This document shows positions 41,505 through 52,772 of a stretch of DNA of 64,000 nt, in pieces. The DNA lies in the NCBI GenBank assembly GCA_963695875.1, contig CAVOID010000011.1, positions 96,001-160,000 of the forward strand. Reading direction: 5' to 3'. The position numbers and the translations under genes were made by a program. The stretch is from an uncultured delta proteobacterium (GTDB lineage: Bacteria; Desulfobacterota; Syntrophia; Syntrophales; UBA2185). The notes beneath the pieces are model-generated. The model had not been told where the DNA came from. It saw only the letters and a list, made by a program, of their open reading frames with translations, and did not search any database. Within the stretch, counting starts at the first letter, position 1, and every line of letters begins with the position of its first letter.

Positions 41505-42851
41505 ATGAATTTTAAGTCGTTTAATCTACACCCCAACATCGAATCAGGCATCAGGGACCTCGGTTATACAGCGCCCACGCCGATTCAAATACAAGCTATA
41601 CCACCCATTCTTCAGAACCGGGATGTCATGGGACAGGCACAGACCGGAACGGGAAAAACCGCTGCCTTCGTTCTTCCCATCCTGCAACGCCTGATGGACG
41701 GGCCGCGGAAGCGTGTCCGGGCGCTAATCATGGCGCCGACGAGAGAACTGGTGGAGCAGACGCATGAAGCCATCGGTCAACTGGGCCGCTATACGAAACT
41801 GAAGAGCGTCACAATCTATGGAGGCGTGAACCAGAATCCGCAGATCAGCAAGATCCGCAGTGGAGCGGAGATTGTTGTGGCCTGCCCCGGACGTCTGATC
41901 GATCTTATGGATAAGGGCGTGATCGATTTAAGGCGCATTGAAGTCCTTGTCCTGGACGAAGCAGACCGCATGTTCGACATGGGCTTTCTGCCGGATATCC
42001 GGAATATCCTGAAGCGCCTGCCCGTTCAGCGGCAGACGCTCCTTTTTTCGGCCACTATGCCCGATGATGTCCGAGACCTGGCAGAGAGCACCCTGCGCAA
42101 TCCCGTCATCGTACAGGTCGGTGATGCGGTCCCGGTATCCACGGTCTCCCATGCCATCTATCCGGTTGATCCGCACCTCAAGACATCTCTTTTGATGAAG
42201 ATTCTGGAATGCACGGACATGGCGTCGGTGCTCGTCTTTACGCGCACCAAGGACCGCGCGACCCGCCTGGCGAAGCAGATGAAAAGATCCGGGTTTCTTG
42301 TGACCTCGCTGCAGGGCGATCTGCCCCAGAATAAACGACAGGAGGCGCTGGACGGTTTTCGCAGCGGCAAATACCAGGTCCTCGTGGCCACCGACATTGC
42401 CGCCCGCGGCATCGATGTTTCCAAAATATCACACGTGATCAATTATGACATGCCCGACACGGTCGATGCCTACACGCACCGCATCGGACGCACTGGCAGG
42501 GCCGCCAGAACCGGGGATGCGTTCACCTTTGTGACGCGCCCGGACAGGGCTTTTGTGTGGAGCATCGAAAATGTTCTTGGTGAAAAGCTGGAAAGGCGGA
42601 TATTGGATAATTTCAATTACGCGATACCAGCGCCGGAAGCCGGTAAGGGATCCGACCGCTCACAGCACTCCAGGAAGCGGTCGAGCTTGACGAAAGTCCC
42701 GGCAAATTCTCCGGCACGACATGCCCGTTCTTCTTCGCCGGTTTCGCGGCCGGCTTCAGGCGCGGCGAGAGGACGGAAGGATCTTTCTCAGTTCCCGTTT
42801 CTCGTTGGTTCACCCCAATTGAAATCGCGCCGATCCCACAGCATACGTTGA
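41505..42851 (+). CDS. DEAD-box RNA helicase (RhlE-like)
   Basis: AQTGTGKT, PTRELV, LDEADRM, SAT, ARGID, HRIGRTGR. Confidence 0.96.
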   Translation: MNFKSFNLHPNIESGIRDLGYTAPTPIQIQAIPPILQNRDVMGQAQTGTGKTAAFVLPILQRLMDGPRKRVRALIMAPTRELVEQTHEAIGQLGRYTKLKSVTIYGGVNQNPQISKIRSGAEIVVACPGRLIDLMDKGVIDLRRIEVLVLDEADRMFDMGFLPDIRNILKRLPVQRQTLLFSATMPDDVRDLAESTLRNPVIVQVGDAVPVSTVSHAIYPVDPHLKTSLLMKILECTDMASVLVFTRTKDRATRLAKQMKRSGFLVTSLQGDLPQNKRQEALDGFRSGKYQVLVATDIAARGIDVSKISHVINYDMPDTVDAYTHRIGRTGRAARTGDAFTFVTRPDRAFVWSIENVLGEKLERRILDNFNYAIPAPEAGKGSDRSQHSRKRSSLTKVPANSPARHARSSSPVSRPASGAARGRKDLSQFPFLVGSPQLKSRRSHSIR

Positions 42852-42937
42852 TCGTACTCGCTTTTCAGCGGACTCCCAACGGTCGATCGTCATTGGGTTG
42901 ATCGCTTTCATGAAATATGGTGAGGCAGATACATCAT

Positions 42938-44021
42938 CTAAACACGGGAATAGGTAACGCTGTCTTTTTCAAACTCTTCGATGATTTCGTCAGTCAGGGA
43001 CGGACGGATTTTTGGCATGATCTCAAAAATAGTTTCCGTAGACACCCAATAATCCCGCTTAGTGGCAAGTTCCTGTTCAAAGGCCAACTGCGCGACCTGT
43101 TGGAAGAGATATTCCATATCGGCCGGAGTAAATCGGGACGTCATCTTTATAATACGGTCAAGATCGATCTCGCCTGTATGAAGCTTGGATAGGTAGTGTC
43201 TCAGTATCGTTTTTCTCTCATCCTCATTCAAACCGCCCACCGGAATGATGCAATCAAATCTTCCCGGGCGAAGCAGCGCGGTATCCAGTTGCCTGATGTA
43301 ATTAGTAGCGCAAATAAGGAGTATGTTGTTACCCTGATTTTTAAGAAGCGGGACCTGCTTGAGAAATTCATTTGTAATAGACTTGTCAATGCGGCTCGCC
43401 TCGTCCCGACTGCCCGCGATCTCTTCAAACTCATCGATAAAGATGACGGCTTCCTCCAGATTTCGTGCCTTTTCCATTATCATGCGCAGATTAGCCCCCA
43501 CCCTTTCGGTTCCGTCAACCATCAGCATGCTCGGAGCAATTTCAATGAACCACCAGGAAAGGACTCCTGCTATTGCTCTGGCAAAATGAGTTTTACCTGT
43601 ACCGGGAGGTCCAAAGAAAATGATGGTCTTGGGAGGAACAACACCATGCTTTTTCGAAAGATCCCGCTCTGTCAGGGGAAGTATTATTTTCCTTTGAACT
43701 AACTGCTTTGGAGGCTGAGAATCGGAGATGGTATCCCATATTTCTTTTCTGCTGGTCTGAGCCCCCATCTCATTCAGGATGTCCCTCCGTTTATAGGCCA
43801 GGTATTCCTCATTGGCTTGCTCTATATTTTCGAGGAAATCGATGCATGCGACCCGCAAGACCTACATCCCGACCCAGTTTTTCAGACATGAGCCATTTAT
43901 GCTGCAAAATTCTCGGCCATAGGTCAGCGGCAGCATCAGGATCAAATTTTGTGCCGCTTATCTCAAATATTTTACTCGCGCACGACTCGGGTGACAGTTT
44001 CTCTGTTAAGTCTTCGTTCAT
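42938..44021 (-). CDS. AAA+ ATPase with a DUF4032-like N-terminus (indel near 43855)
   Basis: ILQHKWLMSEKLGRDVG; GPPGTGKT, IFIDEFE, LDTALLRPGRFD. Confidence 0.85.
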
Positions 44022-44231
44022 GATTCGCCTTCCCTCAAGGACCTGATATCTTTGCCGGATTAATATTGTGAATTTTCCAACTTTTTCCAGTCACTTGTTT
44101 TTTTGATGGTGCAAGTATAGGGCAAAATGATCCTGTGTCAAGGAGAAGGTACCACAAAAGTTCTGCTTCCTCGATGGACTCTACTCTTTCAAGTGTAGAA
44201 AATAATTATTGAAATAATTAAAGAATAATCC

Positions 44232-44260
44232 TTGACTTCCGGTAAAGGGCATCATATATT
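44232..44260 (+). promoter_or_regulatory. Sigma70 promoter of the cold-shock gene (long 5' UTR)
   Basis: TTGACT-17 nt-TATATT. Confidence 0.7.
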
Positions 44261-44399
44261 AGCAACAAGATATAAGTTTGGATATAACATTTTGAAGTGC
44301 AAAGATGGCCACCAAGCTTTTCAAGTCTCGGTGGCCTTTTTCTTTCTGTCATAGTGGCAATCCGACTTAAGAAAATTTTGAGAAAGGAGGATGAAAGCG

Positions 44400-44600
44400 A
44401 TGTCAGAAGGTAAAGTAAAATGGTTTAATGAACGTAAAGGCTTCGGATTCATTGAAAAGGATGACGGTGGTGATGTATTTGTTCATCACAGTGCCATTCA
44501 GGCTGAAGGTTTTAAGACGTTAAATGAAGGCCAGCGTGTCAGTTTTGATGTTACGCAGGGTGCAAAAGGCCCGGCAGCGGAAAACGTGAAACCCTTATAA
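44400..44600 (+). CDS. Cold-shock protein (Csp family)
   Basis: [35 protein letters not shown]. Confidence 0.97.
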   Translation: MSEGKVKWFNERKGFGFIEKDDGGDVFVHHSAIQAEGFKTLNEGQRVSFDVTQGAKGPAAENVKPL

Positions 44601-44620
44601 GTTCATGATCGGAAAGGAAG

Positions 44621-44664
44621 AGGCGCTCCTCGTATGGTTTACCATGTGTGGGAGCGCCTTTTTT
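44621..44664 (+). terminator. Intrinsic terminator after csp
   Basis: aggcgctcc...ggagcgcct followed by a T-run. Confidence 0.8.
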
Positions 44665-44709
44665 GTATAAAACTTTAGATGCTAATTTAATTAAGAGGCC
44701 TTGAAAATA

Positions 44710-45075
44710 ATGAATGCACGCTGGGTGCTTGATACTCTCTGGCCGGAACTCCCGCAAGTTGATTGTACAATCGTAGCACGGTGGTGGCCCTGGGACTATT
44801 ACTGTGTATCGACAATACGGGTATGGCAAGATAAGTTAGATCCGATATACAAAAGTATAAAAATAAATTCTCTCCACCCGCAGCAATATGTAACACATAT
44901 CTATAAGTGTGATAAAAACGGCAGGAGCGATGTGAACCATTTTTATTATATGAAAGAATATCCTGACTCAAAACTGGCAAGAAGAGGCCACAAAGAAGTG
45001 GTAGATCTACTGGAAAAAGGCATGCTTAAGTTAATAAATCGAGTTCGGCCAGGCAATAAACAGTTAACCAGCTAA
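44710..45075 (+). CDS. Hypothetical protein
   Basis: ~120-aa ORF with no recognisable motif. Confidence 0.5.
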   Translation: MNARWVLDTLWPELPQVDCTIVARWWPWDYYCVSTIRVWQDKLDPIYKSIKINSLHPQQYVTHIYKCDKNGRSDVNHFYYMKEYPDSKLARRGHKEVVDLLEKGMLKLINRVRPGNKQLTS

Positions 45076-45082
45076 TTCTCGC

Positions 45083-45300
45083 TTACAACTCTCCATAATT
45101 CTTGTGTCGATCCCTCCCCATCAATTCTCCCAACGCATGAAAGCTCAATCCCTTCATCCTCTTAAAACAGGAAACAGCTAAATCCCTTTTTCGAAGTTTG
45201 GGATCCATTCTCCGTTTACGGATCTGCTCGCCAATATTTTGGAGATTCGGAATATCCATTTTGTTGATCATACACACGAGGTACGGTAAGGCTTAGGAAA
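45083..45300 (-). pseudogene. Internally deleted XRE-type HTH gene remnant
   Basis: NIGEQIRKRRMD.KL...RDLA joined to KRMKGLSFHALGELMGRD; adjacent to comM copy 4. Confidence 0.5.
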
Positions 45301-45309
45301 AATTGGGAA

Positions 45310-45422
45310 AAGGTACTTAAAGTCGCCAGAACCATCGCGGATATCGAAGAAGAAGATAAATGCTCTCCAACCATGTGGCCGAGGCCATTCAGTACAGAAA
45401 TCTTGATAGAAAAATGATTTAG
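45310..45422 (+). repeat. comM 3'-end repeat, copy 4 (most diverged; probably the displaced native end)
   Basis: [36 protein letters not shown]; different downstream flank leading to ilvE. Confidence 0.9.
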
Positions 45423-45475
45423 TGATAAGGAACCGGTACCAATTGGATGTTTAATGCATAAAGGGAGATAAGCGT

Positions 45476-46555
45476 ATGGAAATCAGAATTGTTAAAGCTG
45501 AACCGACAAAAATGAAGCCAAAACCTGCCGATGAGTCAAAACTTGGATTCGGGAAAATATTCACTGACCATTTCTTTACCATGAAGTACCATGCGGATCG
45601 CGGCTGGTATGATGCCATGATAGAACCATACCGGCTTATATCGCTGGAACCCACCGCCATGTGTCTTCATTACGGACAGGAAATATTTGAAGGGCTGAAG
45701 GCGTACAGGGGGAAAGATGATCAAATCTACCTCTTCAGGCCTTATGAAAATATTAATCGTATGAACGCCTCGGCGGAAAGGCTTTGTATGCCCAAAGTCG
45801 ATCCGGAATTATTTATGGACGCCCTTGAAGAAACTCGTCCTTATTGAGAAGGATTGGATTCCCCGAACCCGAGGGGCATCTCTCTATATCAGGCCGACGA
45901 TGATTGCTACGGAAGCGGCCCTGGGTGTGCATGACTGCCAATGAATACCTTTTTTTCATTGTCGTGGGCCCAGTGGGTGTTTACTATCCCCAGGGCTTCA
46001 GCCCAACCAGTATGTATGTGACTGATGACTATGTCCGGGCTGTGCGCGGAGGTATAGGATACTGTAAAGCTGCCGGCAATTATGCGGCCAGTCTCCGGGC
46101 GAGCAAGCTGGCCATGGAAAAGGGATTTACACAGGTGCTTTGGTTGGATGCAGATCGAGAGAAAGTATATCGAAGAAGTGGGGACAAGCAATGTCTTTTT
46201 CCTCATCGGGGAAGAGCTGATTACACCGCCCCTCGGGGGAAGCATCCTCCCCGGGGTACCCGAGAATTCCGTAATTCAGATGGCCAGAAGCTGGAACATT
46301 CGCGTTTCGGAGAGACCCATATCTATCGACGAGATTATGGATTCATCTGCCAATGGGAGCCTGAAGGAGGCATTTGCCTCCGGAACGGCGGCAATCGTTT
46401 CCCCCATCGGACAGATTTCTTACAAGGGAAAGGCAATTATCATTAATAAGGAAGAAACAGGTACTCTTACAGAAAAATTATACAATGAAATACTGCAGAT
46501 ACAATACGGCGAAAAGGATGATCCGTTTGGCTGGAGAATGCCGGTATCGGACTAA
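45476..46555 (+). CDS. ilvE: Branched-chain amino acid aminotransferase (several indels)
   Basis: [51 protein letters not shown]. Confidence 0.93.
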
Positions 46556-46866
46556 GAAACTCTCAAGTTTGATGATATGCCTCTTGAAACATGTACTTGG
46601 AATTAAATCCACAGGCATGTGGAAAAGGCTGTTGATGAACATGTTGATAACAATCGTAAGTCTGTCAATTGCGACAATTTTATACCTAATTGCATATGAT
46701 TTAGGCAGCAAATAATATGAATAATTACAGTATGTTACGTAAGCATTCCTTTGATTTCTGCTACTTATTGAGTTCTCTTTAGGAAGATATAAACTTCTGG
46801 AAAAAAATGTGCCATTTTTTCACTTTTTTTACATTAAAAAATATTAAAATAGAGTATCGCGCAGCA

Positions 46867-47539
46867 ATGCGGTTATTTAATCACAATGGCGGGCATTATA
46901 ATCTGCCTGCTCTTTATTTCCGTTACGCAGACCCCTGCGGAACTTATGCCTCTCGAAGAGTTAATTGCAAAGGCACAGGAAAGATATGAAAAATCAGAAG
47001 ACCTTAAGGCACGTTTCATCCAGGAAGTCGACGATCAAGGCGATGAATAAAACGGATCGTGAAGAAGGGATTCTCTATGTGAAAAATCCCAAGAGAATGT
47101 TGTGGAACTATTCGAAGCCAAAAGCAAAAAAATTAATTATCAATCCTAAAAGGGCCTGGTTATATATTCCGGACGATCGTGTGGTCTACATTCAGGAAGC
47201 GGAAAATATCTATAAATCGAAACTTGGCCGTGAAGTTTCTCTCCGGTATAGGCAAGCTGGGTGAGGATTTCCATATAGGCTATGCCAGGCCCGAGCCGGT
47301 GGATGGGAAAGGAAATTATCTTCTTACCCTTGTTCCCAAAGTATCCGATATGGGAATTGATACATTACATCTGACCATAGACAGGGATAATTTCCAGGTT
47401 ATCCAGTGCAGTTTTATGGACTTGTATGGTAATATTACCCGTATACGGCTCATGGATATAAAAATCAACAACAACCTCTGCCGATAAGCTGTTTCACTTC
47501 AAGCCTCCGGCCGGGGTGGAAGTGTTCAATATGCCATGA
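46867..47539 (+). CDS. lolA: Outer-membrane lipoprotein carrier LolA (indels)
   Basis: Signal peptide, DLKARFIQE, GILYVKNPKRMLWNYSKP, DLYGNITRI, FHFKPPAGVEV. Confidence 0.8.
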
Positions 47540-47547
47540 GACCTTTA

Positions 47548-47692
47548 CAGGCTGTTGAAAACCGCCCATCTGCGGCGTTGCGCTGCGCCCTTAGCCATTC
47601 GACGTACGTCTATGTACGCCTCACGACTCAGGTCTTGCACGCCTTGCATCTGGACATTTTGACGCTGATGACAGTGTTTTTTTCAACGGCAC
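47548..47692. mobile_element. MITE, same family as 29285-29463
   Basis: caggctgttgaaaa ... ttttttcaacggc; internal tctgc.gcgttgcgc and tacgcctc shared with the other copy. Confidence 0.65.
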
Positions 47693-47810
47693 CAAACAAG
47701 GCCTCTCTCCGGAAACTTCTCAAAGTCTTTTATGCGAATTTGCTTAATTTGCGATAAGTAATCCAGTATGTTTCTCATGGATTATGATGCTCTGTTGTGG
47801 AGGGTAGCAA

Positions 47811-49822
47811 ATGATACGATATCACATTCGATGAAACGACATGCCTGGATATTGGAGAAGGCATTGAGCTTAGAGTGGCTGGAAACCAATGGATTCGGGG
47901 GTTATGCATCCAGTACGATACTGAGCTGCAATACAAGGAAGTACCACGGCCTCTTGGTAGCGAATCTCAAAATACCTCAGGGCAGGCACGTCCTTCTTTC
48001 GTGGCTTGAGGACTCCATTTCTCTGAAGGGAAAGAGTTCTTCCTGTCATGCTGTCAATATCCGGGCGTCTTTCACCCTCGGGAGAAACATTTTCTCAAGG
48101 AATTTCGTCTGGCTTATTCTCCCCAGTTTACCTATGAAGCAGATGGGTTTCGCCTTCATAAGGCAATTATGATGGTGCATGGCGAGGATCGCGTCCTGAT
48201 CAGGTACGATGTTGAGCATTGTCCGGTTTCCCGGCATCTTCCGCGTTAAACCATTTCTCGCATATCGGGGATTTCATGCACTGACAACACAAAATATGTA
48301 TCTCCATACAGAGACATGCGCGATAGAGAACGGATTCAAGATGACGCCGTATGATGGCATGCCGCATATTTTTATGCACACAAATGTGAAAGTCGCGAAT
48401 TCCATCCTTCTCCTGTCTGGCATAATAATTTTGAATATCGGGTGGAAAAAGAAAGGGGATTTGATTGGCATGAGGATCTCTTTCGTCCCGGCATTTTTGA
48501 GATTCCTGTAAAAAAGGGAAGCACCGTCATCGTTTCCGCATCGCTGGATTTTGCGAGGAAGGACTAGAGGAGATATGGACAGACGAAATGAGAAGGCGGG
48601 TCGATGAGGCATCAAGAGATGAAAAGATCGCAGAAAATTTTGAAAATGAAGAGGATAGAATTCATGTCCGGAATCTGATTGCAGTCGGGTCAGCAGTTCC
48701 TGATCAAAACACCGTCGGGCCGACCGTCAATTATCGCGGGATATCACTGGTTCGGTGACTGGGGACGGGATACACTCATTTCCCTGCCGGGTCTGACATT
48801 CTGCAGTCGGCCGTATCCCGGAGGGGATTGCCATCCTCGCTTCACTCGGTGCGCATGAAAAAAATGGTCATCCTGCCTAATTATTTCTCCGACGATGAGA
48901 CGGAAAATGCCTACAATACAGTGGATACCTCGCTCTGGTATTTCTGGGCCGTTCAGCAGATGCTGAAATACACGGGCGATATCGGAGATCATCGAAAGCC
49001 GGATATGGCCGGTCATGAAGAAGATTCTGCAAGGGATATATGGACGGAACCGCATTCAATATCCATATGAGCGAAAAACGGTTTACTTCACGCAGGCGAT
49101 AAAGATACGCAACTGACATGGATGGATGCCACCGTTGAAGGCAAACCTGTCACCCCGAGATGGGGATATGCCGTGGAGATCAATGCCCTCTGGTACAATG
49201 CCATCTGTTTTGCCCATGAACTTGCGCAGCGTTTTGATGACCATGAATCTTTTTTCCATGATCCTGATTCCCGAGGATAAAAAGTCCTTTGTTGAATACC
49301 TTCTGGATCGAAGAGCGAGGCGTATCTCGGCGATGTTTTTCGCGATGACTATCTGGATCGTACCGTAAGGCCGAATCAGATTCTGGCCGTCTCGCTTCCC
49401 CATTCACCGTTGGAATCTCGCTCAACGGTCCGGAGTAGTTGAGAAAGTCAGGCAGCACCTGCTTACCTCTGTGGGATTAAGAACCCTCTCGCCGGAAGAC
49501 AAAAACTATAGGGGAAGGTACGAAGGCGATGGACCTGCAAGAGACGCGGCTTACCATCAAGGTACCGTATGGCCATGGTTAATAGCGCATTTTGGTGAGG
49601 CATACATCAGGGTTGCTAAAGACAAGACCGCAGCGAAGATGTTTCTCTTCGACTATGTTCGATCATTTGTCCGTCAGCATATGCCGGAGGCCGGTGTAGG
49701 CTGCATATCTGAAATATTTGATGGTGATCCTCCGCATCGCCCTAATGGCTGCATTTCTCAAGCCTGGAGCGTAGCCGGATTGATCAGACTTGTACACATT
49801 GCTCAATGAGAATGCAGATTAA
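47811..49822 (+). CDS. Glycogen debranching enzyme (amylo-alpha-1,6-glucosidase), many indels
   Basis: [58 protein letters not shown]. Confidence 0.9.
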
Positions 49823-50127
49823 ATAGAAAACCCTCATGGTCTGTAGGGCGCTTGGCATGTATGAAACTTGTTCCCACCCCTGATAAAAGCATTCGAGGGC
49901 AGGCTCCGGCGGTGAACCAGGATGAATACCTGATATGTCCCCCTTTGCAAAAGGGGGAATATATGGAATCTATTTTCGTAATAACGGATAAGTCAAAAGG
50001 GCATTATGTAAGAGATTTTTCTCGTTTACTTTATCCGTTCGTTATGTCATTATCCTGAAAGTTTATTTTAGTGATTTCGTATTACAAGAGTCACCTCTGT
50101 AATAATATTCCAATACAGATTTTTGAA

Positions 50128-50236
50128 TGTGAAGCTCCCCGCCCGCAGGACGGGGCTTCCCGGAAAGGAAGCTATGCTCACATTGCACCCCTTATCCCCG
50201 CCTACAAGGAGGGGCTTGCGGGATGTGCTCCCGGTC
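50128..50236. repeat. REP/MITE-like double-hairpin element
   Basis: gaagctccccgcc...ggggcttc and ccccgcctacaaggagggg hairpins, intergenic. Confidence 0.55.
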
Positions 50237-50253
50237 GAGGAGGCCATTAGCTC

Positions 50254-51557
50254 GTGAGAATTCTCATGTTTGGATGGGAATTTCCGCCCCATGTCAGCGG
50301 CGGCCTCGGGACTGCCTGTTTCGGTATCACAAAGGCGCTGGCCGGCCTCGGTCACAAGATTATTTTCGTAATTCCGAAAGTGTTGGGTGAGGTCGGACAA
50401 TCACACGTGGAATTTATTTCAGCATCGGAAGTTCCCGTCAAAAAGAAGCATCGTAAAGCGATTCAAAGTCTTCAAGGGCCTTGATATCAGGTTAATAGAT
50501 TCATACCTGAAACCATATCTGAGTGAACGTCAGTATGAGGATTTACTGCGGGGACATGTTGTGAAGCTGCCCGCACACGAAAAGAGGCCGGAGCGAATCG
50601 TGGGAGTCCCTGGTCCTGGAAATCTCTCGAGCACTATGGTCCAAATCTGATTGCCGAAGTTGTAAGATATGCGAAGGTAGCCGGCGCCATCGCTAAAAGT
50701 CAGTCATTCGATGTAATCCACGCCCATGACTGGATGACGGTCCTCGCCGGTCTTTATGCCAAGGAAGTCAGCAAGAAGCCCCTTAATTCTTCATATTCAT
50801 TCCCTTGAATTTGATCGAAGCGGGGAACATATCAATCGGGATATTTTTTATATCGAGCGGTACGGCATGGTTTCGGCAGATCATATTATTGCTGTCAGCC
50901 ATTATACAAAAAATTTGATTGTCAGCCGATATGGTATCGATCCCGATAAAATATCTGTTGTTCATAATGCCGTTTCCCGCACGGAGGCTCCAAACATTTA
51001 CCATGTCGAGAAGAAGTCCCGATAAAAAGATTGTTCTTTTTCTCGGCAGAATTACCTTCCAGAAGGGCCCTGACTACTTCGTCGAAGCAGCGGCAAAAGT
51101 CCTGGAGAAACTTCCGGAAGTGACGTTTGTTATGGCGGGTGCAGGAGACATGATGCCCCGCATGATAGAACGGGTCGCCGAACTGGGCATAGGGAAAAAT
51201 TTTCACTTCACCGGATTTCTGCAGGGAGACCGAAGTCGAACAGATATTTACGATGAGCGACCTTTATGTCATGCCCAGTGTATCTGAACCTTTCGGTATT
51301 TCGCCTCTTGAGGCAATGATATATGATATACCGGTCATTATTTCCAGGCAGTCCGGGGTATCGGAAATACTTCATCACGCGTTGACAGGTGGATTTCTGG
51401 GACGTGGATGAGATTGCTAATAAGATCATAGCAATTTTAAGGTACCCGAGCCTGGTTGCGGAGATTGTCGAGAAGTCACGCGATGAACTGCGCAAGGTCC
51501 GTTGGGAATACGCCGCGAGAAAAGATCGTCGACGTCTACCGGCACGTATTGAAGTGA
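50254..51557 (+). CDS. GT4-family glycosyltransferase (glycogen cluster), indels
   Basis: MRILMFGWEFPPHVSGGLG, HAHDWMT, LGRITFQKGPDYF, EPFGISPLEA. Confidence 0.9.
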
Positions 51558-51569
51558 AAGGGTGGAAAA

Positions 51570-52769
51570 ATGCCAAGTGTATGTCTTGCACTTTCATGTC
51601 CATCAGCCACGCTGGTTGAGGCATTATACCTTTTTCGATATTAATCATGACCATGTTTACGAGGATACGGAAAGAAATCTTCAGCCCTGAACAAAGCATT
51701 GTCCGAAAAATGTTATATTCCGGCCAATGATATAATGTTAAACTTAATAAAAAAGTATAAGGGAGATTTCCGGATTGCCTTTTCGATCACGGGCATTCTC
51801 CTTGATCAACTTGAAAAACACCGCGTTGATGTTCTTGACGGTTTTAAAAGGATTGCTGATACGGGATGCGTGGAGTTCAGTGAATGAGACATACCACCAT
51901 TCACTTGCTTTTCTGTTTTCCACTCCGGGAATTTAAAGAGCAGGTCATGCTGCATAAAAAGAAGATAAAGACCCTGTTCGGTCAAACACCCAAGACGTTT
52001 CGTCATACCGAACTGATCTATAACAGCGATCTCGCAAGGATCATAGAGAAAATGGGATACAATGTCCTTCTGGCCAAGGGTGCGGATAAAGTCTTAGGGT
52101 GGCGGTCTCCCGACTATGTCTATCAGCCGGCAGGGTGTAAGAAACTGAAACTGCTCTTTAGAAATCACCGTCTGTCTGATGATATCGCCGTTCGTTTTTC
52201 GGACTCAAAGTGGTCTGAATATCCCCTCACAGCCGATAAATATGCCCACTGGGTCCACCGCGTTAATGATGCCGGAGATGTTGTTAACCTTTTCATGGAT
52301 TATGAGACATTTGGCGAACATCAAAGTGAGAAAACGGGGATTTTTAAATTTATCCAACAGCTTCCCCGTGAAATCCTGAAACATCCCGATTTCAGGTTTC
52401 AGACCCCTTCGGAGATTGCCGCAGACTATGATCCTGTTGCTCAACTTGATTTAACGAATCTTATCTCACGGGCAGATGTTGAAAGGGATTTAAGCACCTG
52501 GTTGGGAAATACGTTGCAGAAAGATGCCACTAATACACTGTACGGCATGGAATCGAAAGTTAGAAGCCGGAAGAACGGCATGTTTCTAAATGCATGGCGC
52601 ATGCTTCAGGCATCTGACCATTTCTATTACATGCATACCGGAATGGCCCGCCGATGGAGATGTACATAAAGATTCCAATCCCTATGGGTCACCCTATGAT
52701 GCGTATATCAACTATATGAATATTATCGATGATTTTTCCGGTTTCTTAGGTAAGAAAAAAGGAGCGTAA
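51570..52769 (+). CDS. GH57 alpha-amylase-like glycoside hydrolase, indels
   Basis: FHVHQP, FSITG, FRHTELIYN, LFMDYETFGEHQ, QASDHFYYM. Confidence 0.88.
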
Positions 52770-52772
52770 TTA

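Noticed and set aside
30904..45422. CRISPR-like interpretation of the comM repeats or PAS repeats
   Set aside because: The repeats are 90-366 bp and coding-derived, and are either kb apart or directly tandem. There are no short repeat-spacer units and no cas genes.
46726..46742. TACAGTATGTTACGTAA, resembling the right end of the two-recombinase element or a dif arm
   Set aside because: It is a single short match in AT-rich DNA with no partner arm.
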